DNA from: Acidimicrobiia bacterium
GTDB taxonomy: Bacteria > Actinomycetota > Acidimicrobiia > Acidimicrobiales > JANYDT01
Assembly (NCBI GenBank): GCA_031381685.1
Contig: JANMYF010000055.1
Location: 1,589-65,588 of the forward strand
Direction: 5' to 3'
DNA length: 64,000 nt
The translations under genes and the position numbers were made by a program. The notes below the pieces were generated by a model. That model was not told the origin of the DNA and searched no databases. It saw only the letters and a list, made by a program, of their open reading frames with translations. Shown piece after piece: positions 48,214 to 56,040 of the stretch (its first letter is position 1; every line of letters starts with the position of its first letter).

Positions 48214-49499
48214 TCCGCCAGTCGTCAGGTCCGAGCTCTGCCCACGCGGAGGTTTCCGGTCTGATCCGAATCGACACCGACGAGGCGTTGGGCTCGCTCA
48301 TCGATGAACTCCTCGGCCACGAGGCGTATGCCATCGACACGGAGTTTCTCCGCGAGCGCACCTACTACCCGCAGCTCGCCCTGGTGCAGATCGCGTGGGA
48401 GGACCGCGTCGCCATCATCGATCCGTTGGTTGTCGACGTCCGTCCACTCCGGCGGCTCCTCGAAAGCGAAGTCGTCGCGGTGTTCCACGCAGCCGACCAG
48501 GATCTCGAAGTGCTCGACCTGGAGTGCGGCGCGATCCCGCGCGAGATGTTCGACACCCAGCTCGCCGCCGGGTTCGTGGGTTTCTCGACGCCGTCGCTCG
48601 CGACACTGGTGGAACGGCTCGTCGGCGTGAAGCTCTCCAAGGGCGACCGCCTCACCGATTGGACGAAACGACCGCTGACCGAGGCCCAGATCCGCTACGC
48701 GGCGTCCGATGTCGTACACCTCCTCGAGATCCGCCGACTGCTCACGGCAGAACTGGAGGCCACTGGTCGCATGGGTTGGGTCGACGAGGAGGGCGAGATC
48801 CTCCGTCTGCGCCCACGTGGCAACAACGACCCGGACATCGCCTGGTGGCGGCTCAAGGACGGCCGGGTTCTCCGCGGCCGCGACCGCCTCCTCGCCCAGG
48901 AGATCTGCGCATGGCGGGAGCGGCGGGCCCAGCAGGACGACCGGCCCGTCCGGTTCGTTCTCCCGGACCTCGCCGTGGTCGCCATCGCCCAGGGGCATCC
49001 GAAGACGACGGCGGAACTCGTCAGCTTGCGCGGTATGGACGGCCGCTACACGAAGTCGCAGAGCGGACAGGAGCTGATCGACTGCGTCCTGCGCGCCGAA
49101 CAGCAGTCGATGGATACCCTCCGGCTACCCGACCCGGACGACTTCGACCGGCGACTCCGTCCGGCACTGACCCTCATCTCGGCGTGGGTGGGTCAATTGA
49201 GCCACGACGTCAAGGTGGAGGCATCACTTCTCGCCACCCGGTCCGACCTCGTCGCCTTCCTCCGAGGCGACGCCGGGGCCAGGCTGGCTTCGGGCTGGCG
49301 CAACGAGATCCTCGGTGACCGGGTCCGACGAGTCATCTCCGGGGAGGCAGCCATCGCGTTCGACCGGGTCCACGGACTCATCCTCGAGCACCGATCGGGG
49401 AGCGAACTCTCCGTCCCGATCGCCCTTCCGAGCGCACCATGGGAGACGGACGCGCCCGATCATCGACGAGAAGGCTACGACGAGGCTTCCGGCCACTGA
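48210..49499 (+). CDS. rnd: Ribonuclease D
   Basis: DEDD motifs 'AIDTEF', 'FHAADQDLEVL' and 'YAASDVVHLL'. HRDC-like C-terminus. ATGA overlap with the rhodanese stop. Confidence 0.85.
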   Translation: MIRQSSGPSSAHAEVSGLIRIDTDEALGSLIDELLGHEAYAIDTEFLRERTYYPQLALVQIAWEDRVAIIDPLVVDVRPLRRLLESEVVAVFHAADQDLEVLDLECGAIPREMFDTQLAAGFVGFSTPSLATLVERLVGVKLSKGDRLTDWTKRPLTEAQIRYAASDVVHLLEIRRLLTAELEATGRMGWVDEEGEILRLRPRGNNDPDIAWWRLKDGRVLRGRDRLLAQEICAWRERRAQQDDRPVRFVLPDLAVVAIAQGHPKTTAELVSLRGMDGRYTKSQSGQELIDCVLRAEQQSMDTLRLPDPDDFDRRLRPALTLISAWVGQLSHDVKVEASLLATRSDLVAFLRGDAGARLASGWRNEILGDRVRRVISGEAAIAFDRVHGLILEHRSGSELSVPIALPSAPWETDAPDHRREGYDEASGH

Positions 49500-49683
49500 G
49501 CCGAGAGATCGGCGAAACCGCTGGTCGAGATGGGTTTCCGGGCGATGCCCGATCGGACGGACCGCCTCGCCTACGCTCGTTCCACGCAAGACGATTGCTT
49601 CCCGCTCACTGGTTCCTCATGCGGGCACCGGAGACTCGTACCCGGCCACCTGGGACTTCCCCAATCGAAGGAGACCGCCACCA

Positions 49684-50451
49684 ATGCTCACCACCCGTTT
49701 TCGCCGTTCCCGCCTCGTTGCCGCGCTCGCGCTCGGCGCGGCGTCACTCGTCGCTGCTCCGTCTATCGTGCAGGCCCAGCCGGCGCCGTCGATCGTGCCT
49801 CCGGGCCAGACGAATGCCTGCCTCGGCTATCCGCAGCTCACGACCGTCGCCTACCTCAACGAAGGCAAGTTCGGGTCGGTGATCCGGGTCTACGCGAAGC
49901 CCGATGAGTCCTCACAGCTGATGGCCACGCTCGCCGTCGGCCAGGAGATCAAGGGCCGTCCGACCTTCACCGTGATCGGTACCGATGGTGATTGGGTGCA
50001 CGTCAACGCGCCGATTCGTCCCAACGGCGCCAGCGGGTACGTTCGCAAGAAGGACGTGAAGACCTACCAGCACCCGTGGGCGATCGTCATCGAACTCGGC
50101 CGCAAACAGCTCACCGTCTGCAACTCCGGTCGTACGGTGCAGCGCGAAAAGGTCGGCGTCGGTGTGGCCGCCCGACCGACCCCGACGGGGGCCTGTTTCA
50201 CCGTTGAGCTGATCAAGACGCGCAAGCCGAAGGGCGCCTACGGCCCGTATGCGTATGGGCTCTCGTGCTTCTCCGACGTCATCTTCAGCTTTGGCGCAGG
50301 CGGCGACGGACGACTCGGTATCCATGGGACGAATGAGCCGAAGAAGCTTGGCACGGCGGTGTCGAGCGGGTGCATCCGCGTGAGCAACGCTGGCATCACC
50401 AAGATGGCCAAGACCCTTCCTGTCGGAGTGCCCACCTTCATCGTCGCCTAG
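49684..50451 (+). CDS. L,D-transpeptidase (YkuD domain) with an SH3-like N-terminal domain
   Basis: Signal peptide, then 'GIHGTNEPKKLGTAVSSGCIRVSN'. Confidence 0.85.
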   Translation: MLTTRFRRSRLVAALALGAASLVAAPSIVQAQPAPSIVPPGQTNACLGYPQLTTVAYLNEGKFGSVIRVYAKPDESSQLMATLAVGQEIKGRPTFTVIGTDGDWVHVNAPIRPNGASGYVRKKDVKTYQHPWAIVIELGRKQLTVCNSGRTVQREKVGVGVAARPTPTGACFTVELIKTRKPKGAYGPYAYGLSCFSDVIFSFGAGGDGRLGIHGTNEPKKLGTAVSSGCIRVSNAGITKMAKTLPVGVPTFIVA

Positions 50452-50575
50452 CGCCGACGAGCGCTTCTCGGACCACGCACTGGGCGTGAACGGCCTGTGC
50501 CGTTCACGCCCAGTTTGCGTAGTCGGGGGCTACGATCGCGTTGGTCCACTCACGAACGTCACGACGGAGACCGCG

Positions 50576-51313
50576 ATGCGCATCGAAACCCGCCACACCC
50601 CCTCGTTCGGCATTGCCCGGTGCACGCTTGGCGGTGGTGAGTCCGTCAAGGTCGAGGCCGGGGCGATGATGGCAATGAGCACCGGGATGAACCTGCAGTC
50701 GAAAGCGGAAGGTGGGGTCTTCAAGTCGCTCAAACGCGCCGCTCTCGGCGGTGAGTCGTTCTTCCTCACGACGTACCACGCGCCGGATCAAGGCGGCTGG
50801 GTCGATGTCGCTCCCCGCCTTCCCGGCGATCTCGTCACGTTCGAGTTGACCGCGCAGCGTTCCTACGTCATCCAGAAGGGTTCGTGGCTGGCCTCGACGA
50901 CCGACATCACGCTCGATACGAAGTGGGGTGGGTTCAAGAACCTCTTCGGCAGCGAAGGCGGTTTCGTCGTGCGGGCGAGCGGCAACGGGCCGCTGCTGCT
51001 CAGCTGCTTCGGCGCGCTGGACAAGTGGGATCTGGCCGCAGGGGAATCGATCACGGTCGACACCGGCCACATGGTGGCCTATGAGGACACCGTGGCGATG
51101 GGACTGCGGAAGGTCACGGGCGGGCTCGTGCAGTCGTTCAAGAGCGGCGAGGGCATCGTCTTCGACTTCACGGGCCCGGGAACCGTCTACACCCAGACGC
51201 GAAATCCGAACGAGCTGCTCAGCTGGATCGGATCGTCGATCGGCACGGGGAATTCGTCCGGCGGCGCAGTGCTTGGCGGCGGACTGCTCGGCGGCCTGAT
51301 GAGCCGCGACTGA
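50576..51313 (+). CDS. AIM24/TIGR00266-family protein
   Basis: 'GESVKVEAGAMMAM', 'GGESFFLTTY' and a Gly-rich C-terminal tail. Confidence 0.75.
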   Translation: MRIETRHTPSFGIARCTLGGGESVKVEAGAMMAMSTGMNLQSKAEGGVFKSLKRAALGGESFFLTTYHAPDQGGWVDVAPRLPGDLVTFELTAQRSYVIQKGSWLASTTDITLDTKWGGFKNLFGSEGGFVVRASGNGPLLLSCFGALDKWDLAAGESITVDTGHMVAYEDTVAMGLRKVTGGLVQSFKSGEGIVFDFTGPGTVYTQTRNPNELLSWIGSSIGTGNSSGGAVLGGGLLGGLMSRD

Positions 51314-51480
51314 CTCGACTGACTCGACGGGTCGGCTTCACGCCCGGTCGACGCGGGTGCCGAAGGAAAGAAATTGATCGCGCGGTTACTTCGGGACGTT
51401 GGTCCCTGGTAGCGGGGTGGGCCTCGTCAGTAGCTTCTCCTCAGGATCCGGCGTCGGCCGGGCCCAAGAGGGGGACAGAC

Positions 51481-51729
51481 ATGCGACGACGTCGTCACGC
51501 GCTCAGCGGAGCGCTCTACGAGGTGGAGGCCGACGGCAACGTCCGGGTCGAGTCTCGTGAGGGCGTGACCGGTCTGTTCAGACCTGATGGGGAGTGGATC
51601 TCCGGTGATCTCCGTCAGTGTGACGCACATCTGTGCGGCTGGCTTGCCGGTCCGCAGCTCCCGCCTCGACTCGCCGTGCTGCCGCGGTTCCGGGAAACTG
51701 CCTCAGCCGGAGCGGAGGCGACGTCATGA
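51481..51729 (+). CDS. Small hypothetical protein translationally coupled to the Rieske oxygenase
   Basis: 82 aa with a GGGGGA RBS-like sequence upstream. Its stop overlaps the downstream ATG (ATGA at 51726-51729). Confidence 0.5.
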   Translation: MRRRRHALSGALYEVEADGNVRVESREGVTGLFRPDGEWISGDLRQCDAHLCGWLAGPQLPPRLAVLPRFRETASAGAEATS

Positions 51730-53072
51730 CCATGGTCGACGAGACCAAGCCGCCGCTGCTGACCTATCAGCAGCTGCTCGACACCGACTCCCACGAGGTA
51801 CCGGATGTGCTCCGGTGGTTCTCGCCGATGCCGCCGAGCGAGGCCGACGTGCCGGTGCTCCGCTACACCTCCGCCGAGTTCCACCAACTGGAGGTCGAGA
51901 AGGTCTGGAAGAAGGTGTGGCAGATGGCGTGCCGCGAAGAGGACATCCCCGTCGTCGGTGACCACATCACCTATGACATCGCCGGGATGTCGATCCTGGT
52001 GGTGCGTTCCACGGCAACGGAGATCAAGGCGTTCATGAATGTCTGTCCGCACCGTGGCCGACTGCTCAAGGAGATCCCGGGTCGCTCGACGGAGATCCGC
52101 TGCGCGTTCCACGGATTTGCGTGGGAGTTGAACGGGCACCTCAAGCAGGTGCCGTGTCAGTGGGACTTCCCGCGCCTGGTGGAGGGGGAGTGGTCGCTTC
52201 CCGAGGTGAAGGTAGGTTTCTGGGGCGGCTTCGTGTTCATCAACATGGATCCCGACTGCGAGTCGCTCGAGTCGTTTCTTGGCGACCTTCCGGCCCACTT
52301 CGCCCGCTGGCCGTTGGAGGACCGCTACAAGGAGGCACATGTCGCCAAGGTGCTCAACTGCAACTGGAAGGTCGCCCAGGAAGCGTTCATGGAGGCGTTC
52401 CACGTGGTCGCCACCCATCCGCAGCTTCTGCCCAGCCTCGGGGACGCCAACACCCAGTACGACGTGTTCGGGAACTTCAGCCGGGCGATCACGCCCAACG
52501 GCACCCCGAGTCCACACATCGGGTGGGTGCCGAGCGAACAGGAGATCTTCGACGCCATGACCGACCGCAACCTCGACGAGGAACCGCGCGGTGTCGTGCC
52601 TGTAGGGGAGACGGCGCGGCACATGGCGGCCGAGGCAGCGAGAAGGGCGCTGCGTCCTGCCATCGGTGACCGGGCCGACGAGCTCTGCGACGGTGAGCTG
52701 ACCGAGAGCATCTACTACACGCTGTTTCCGAACTTCCATCCGTGGGGTGCCTACAACCGGATCACGTACCGGTTCCGCCCGTACGGCAACGACCATCGTC
52801 GCTCGATCATGGAGTGCATGTTCCTGTCGCCGTTCCCCGGCGACGAGCGTCCGGCGGCGGCCGAGGTCCACTGGCTCAAAGACGACGACGACTGGACGGT
52901 CGCGTCGGAGTTGGGGATGCTCGGTCGGGTGTTCAATCAGGACGTCTACAACCTGCCGAAGGTGCAGGCCGGCCTCGAGAGCATGACCAAACCGGGAGTC
53001 ACGTTCGCCGACTACCAGGAGACGAAACCCCGCCATATGCACGCGCTGCTCGGCGAGTGGATCGCCCGCTGA
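51726..53072 (+). CDS. Rieske non-heme iron oxygenase alpha subunit
   Basis: 'CPHRG...CAFHGF' Rieske motif. 'EAFHVVATHPQ' mononuclear iron motif. Confidence 0.9.
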   Translation: MTMVDETKPPLLTYQQLLDTDSHEVPDVLRWFSPMPPSEADVPVLRYTSAEFHQLEVEKVWKKVWQMACREEDIPVVGDHITYDIAGMSILVVRSTATEIKAFMNVCPHRGRLLKEIPGRSTEIRCAFHGFAWELNGHLKQVPCQWDFPRLVEGEWSLPEVKVGFWGGFVFINMDPDCESLESFLGDLPAHFARWPLEDRYKEAHVAKVLNCNWKVAQEAFMEAFHVVATHPQLLPSLGDANTQYDVFGNFSRAITPNGTPSPHIGWVPSEQEIFDAMTDRNLDEEPRGVVPVGETARHMAAEAARRALRPAIGDRADELCDGELTESIYYTLFPNFHPWGAYNRITYRFRPYGNDHRRSIMECMFLSPFPGDERPAAAEVHWLKDDDDWTVASELGMLGRVFNQDVYNLPKVQAGLESMTKPGVTFADYQETKPRHMHALLGEWIAR

Positions 53073-53178
53073 CGGTTTCCTGCCCGAAGAGGTGGCTCGA
53101 CCTGGACCAGGTTGCCCTGGTCCGCGTCGATCTCGATCACATCGCGCCTGACCAGGTGCCCGGAGGTAACGTGCCGAC

Positions 53179-53544
53179 ATGACTCTTCCGGCCGCTGTTG
53201 CTCCCGCCTGGCAGACGTTCGCCGATCAGGTCAACGTTGCCGAACTCGGCGAGGACGACTACCGGCGGTTTGCCGACGTCGCGCTCGCCGCCCACACCGG
53301 GGGAGTGGGCCTCGATGCGCTCGGCGATGTCATCATCGACCTGGCATCCACCGATGGAGCTCCGGACTTCCTTGCCGGCGAACTGACAACAGGACTTGAC
53401 ATCGCCCTACGAGCGCTCGCTGGCTACGCGCGTCACGTGTCGGCCGTCGCCGAGGAGGAGGCGAAGCGCACCGCAGCGGAGCAGGCCCGCGACGCGGCGC
53501 TGATCAAGCTCACTCCGGAGGAGCGCAAGGCCCTCGGTCTCTAG
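53179..53544 (+). CDS. Hypothetical protein
   Basis: 121-aa ORF. No motif recognised. Its stop overlaps the convergent gene's stop (CTAG). Confidence 0.45.
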   Translation: MTLPAAVAPAWQTFADQVNVAELGEDDYRRFADVALAAHTGGVGLDALGDVIIDLASTDGAPDFLAGELTTGLDIALRALAGYARHVSAVAEEEAKRTAAEQARDAALIKLTPEERKALGL

Positions 53545-55025
53545 CTGTCGCGGCGCCCGATGAACGCGGCAAAGCGATCCATCGGCGTCGCGTCGGCGGC
53601 GACCTCAACCGCAGGATCGAACATCCCGGGAACGCGGTGCTGATCGGCGTAGTCGTCACCGAACGCCCGGAGCCGAGCTACCAACGCATGATCGAAATCG
53701 GTAGGCAGGCCGAGGCTTCGGGCCACATCCCACGCGTGGACGAGATGATCCGCGGCGAACATCTGGGCCAGGGCGGCGCCGGTCAGGGTTCCCCACGGAA
53801 GGGGGAGCGGTCGACCCAGCACGCTCGGATCCGATCGATAGAGCGACAAGACCTCGTCGATCGCATCCCGTTACGAAGCGACCGGGTCGTCTCCCAGATG
53901 ATTCCGGTAGAACTCCGGGCCGATGCTCTGTCCTCGCACGCCGTAACTGACCATACGCGCGCTTCCGACCATGTGATTGACGAGCGCGCGTCGATTCCAC
54001 TCCGAGCACGGCGTGGACTGGCGCCACGAGTCTGCCGGGATGCCCGCCACGAACGAATGGGCGAGCTCCAACGACTCGGCGAAGTCGGCGAGACATCTCG
54101 CGTCCTCGGGAGACACCGGCGGCAGGCCGCGCGCGTTCGCCTCGGCCGGGCTGAAGTACACCACGCCCGCTCCCCAGAAATGGGCCACCGTGGCGTCGGG
54201 TAACCCGTCGACCGGTCCGGGCCCACAGACGTCCGTCAACTCCCTCTCGGTGAGCACGCCCCAACGCTCGAACGCTTCAGTGATCGTGGGATCCGGGCGA
54301 GGGTCGGCAGTGACTCCCGGGCAGGCCCCCTCGAGCGCGTCCACGTAGGCCTCGTAGGGCATCCAGCCCGGAACGGTGACCTCCCCGCCGGGGCCTCGGA
54401 ACACCAGGGTTGGGAACGCATAGCGGTCGTGGCCATCGGTCTGCTTCATCGACCCGATGCCGACGTCGTCGCCGACGAGGTGACGCACGTGATCGTTCGG
54501 TCGACGCGTCTCCTCCCAGTCCGACCGATACGCGGCCGCCGCTTCCTCGCTCGTGAGGTCGACCAGCCAGCGATCGACATCCAGTCCAACGATGCCTCTC
54601 GCCGACGCCACGAACTCCTCTGGGGAGGAGGGGGTCACCCCGAACACGAACGTCGACTCACGAAAGCGGCGCAGTACGGCGGCGCCCACGACCGGGCCCT
54701 GCCGCTGCGCCGCCTTCACCGCCAGCCCTGCCGGGTCGGTCGATCGCGCCATTCGGTGCATAGGCATCGGGTACGGCTGTCCCGTGTGGGCCGAACTGCG
54801 CCGCCAGTACTTCTGCATGGGCTCGGCCGCCTGGACCGGATCCCAGTCGTCACGTCCCCGGGACGCATCGTGCACGAGGCCGCCGAGTACGACCCGCCAC
54901 CGGACTCGAGCGCCGTAGCGCCACTGGAGGAGCCGGAGCTTCGGTTCGGTGCCCCACGCCCATGAGCAGATGGGGTCGGTGTACTCGATGACATCGGCGA
55001 TCAGGTGGTTGTGGTCGATGGCCAT
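53541..55025 (-). pseudogene. DsbA-like thioredoxin-fold domain fused to a TIGR03086/DinB-like (mycothiol-dependent) domain, interrupted by in-frame TAA (53871-53873)
   Basis: ORFs 53871..55082 and 53541..53849 are in the same frame. '...HLGDDPVAS[TAA]RDAIDEVLSLYRSDP...' is continuous. N-terminal 'YTDPICSWAWG' is DsbA-like. 'STPCSEWNRRALVNHMVG' and 'DHLVHAWDVA' are TIGR03086-like. Confidence 0.7.
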
Positions 55026-55172
55026 GGAGTCCTCGGAACAAGAGATGGAGGAGTCCATGGTGAGCAGGTTTGGCGTCGACACGCCAGCCCGTGGACGGCG
55101 AGCCCGAGCTCCGATGCAGCGTCGGGACCGCGGAGACCCAGCTTCCTCTCCCGTTTGCGTTACTTTACATAA

Positions 55173-55553
55173 CTATGATTCTCGGCGTTGCCCGGGAGAG
55201 TGGTCCGAAAGGACGGACACGTCCCGGGCTGCGGCCAGCAGCGATGTGATGATCAGCCGGAGGTCGGCGACGGATTCCGCCTCCCGCAGATCTGCCTCGG
55301 CATCGTCCGCTGCGCACGACAGCACGAAGATCTCGTCGTGCAGTCGGTCGACATCGCGGCGCGCCACGATCAGTTCGTGCTCGTCCACGCCGTGGCGGGC
55401 GGCGCGCTGGCGCGCCTCGTAGTCGCGCTGGCGGCAGCTTCGCTTGCAGAAGCGTCGAGGTCGGCCCCGGCCTTCGGTCGGCGTCACCGGCCGCCGACAC
55501 CATTCGCAGGGCACGATCTCCCGCTCCCCTTGGCTCACCCGCATTTTTGTCAC
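55173..55553 (-). CDS. Small zinc-ribbon (FCS/TRASH-like) putative DNA-binding protein
   Basis: 'CEWCRRPV...RRFCKRSCRQRDYEARQRA'. GTG 55553 or ATG 55544. taatat lies just upstream. Confidence 0.55.
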   Translation of the reverse strand: MTKMRVSQGEREIVPCEWCRRPVTPTEGRGRPRRFCKRSCRQRDYEARQRAARHGVDEHELIVARRDVDRLHDEIFVLSCAADDAEADLREAESVADLRLIITSLLAAARDVSVLSDHSPGQRRES

Positions 55554-55691
55554 AGTGACGATATTAACGGTTGGCCGGTGCGACGGCGCCGTTCATCACA
55601 CCGTTACCCGGCTCGCGTCAGTCACGCGGTTCTGGTAATTGCGTCGGGGCACTCCGATTGAGGCTCGAGTCGGTCTGTGGTCCGCGTTCCG

Positions 55692-56031
55692 TCATCGGTT
55701 CGGTTGGTGGCGTGTCTCTTTCGATGTCGCGGCCCGGTTGGCGCGGTCGATGGCTGCGACGAGTTCGGGTTTGGTCATGCGTGTGCGGCCCGTTGATGTC
55801 GAGGCGCTTGGCGATGTCGAACAGGTGGGCTTTGGTGGCGTTCGCGTTGACGCCACCGGCCGTCGGCGTGGTGCTGACGCGTGCCTCGATGCCTCGTTTG
55901 GCGTCTTGGGCGTCGCTTGGGCCGGGCTCGTCTTTGGGTTCCCAGTGGTCGCCAATCTTTTCAAATGAGTGTTTGAGTGAAGCGAACGCGCCGACAGATC
56001 TCGTCGTTTCCCGGCCGCGGTCACCACGCAT
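55692..56031 (-). pseudogene. ChaB-like / Rho-N-domain small protein remnant with a frameshift near 55787-55791
   Basis: Frame a reads 'RETTRSVGAFASLKHSFEKIGDHWEPK' (ChaB-like) up to '...HLFDIAKRLDING'. It continues in frame b as 'RTRMTKPELVAAIDRA' (Rho_N-like). The N-terminal ChaB part is missing. Confidence 0.45.
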
Positions 56032-56040
56032 CGTTCCGCC

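Noticed and set aside
51311-51328. Tandem 9-mer tgactcgac x2 at the end of the AIM24-family gene.
   Set aside because: It has only two copies and includes the stop codon. This is most likely a trivial local duplication with no further structure.
6131-53873. The idea that TAA is reassigned or systematically read through, given two in-frame TAA codons.
   Set aside because: Two cases are too few. Both are explained by simple mutation. I see no supporting evidence in the window such as suppressor tRNAs or genes lacking other stops. The point is retained only as part of the 'many disrupted genes' observation.
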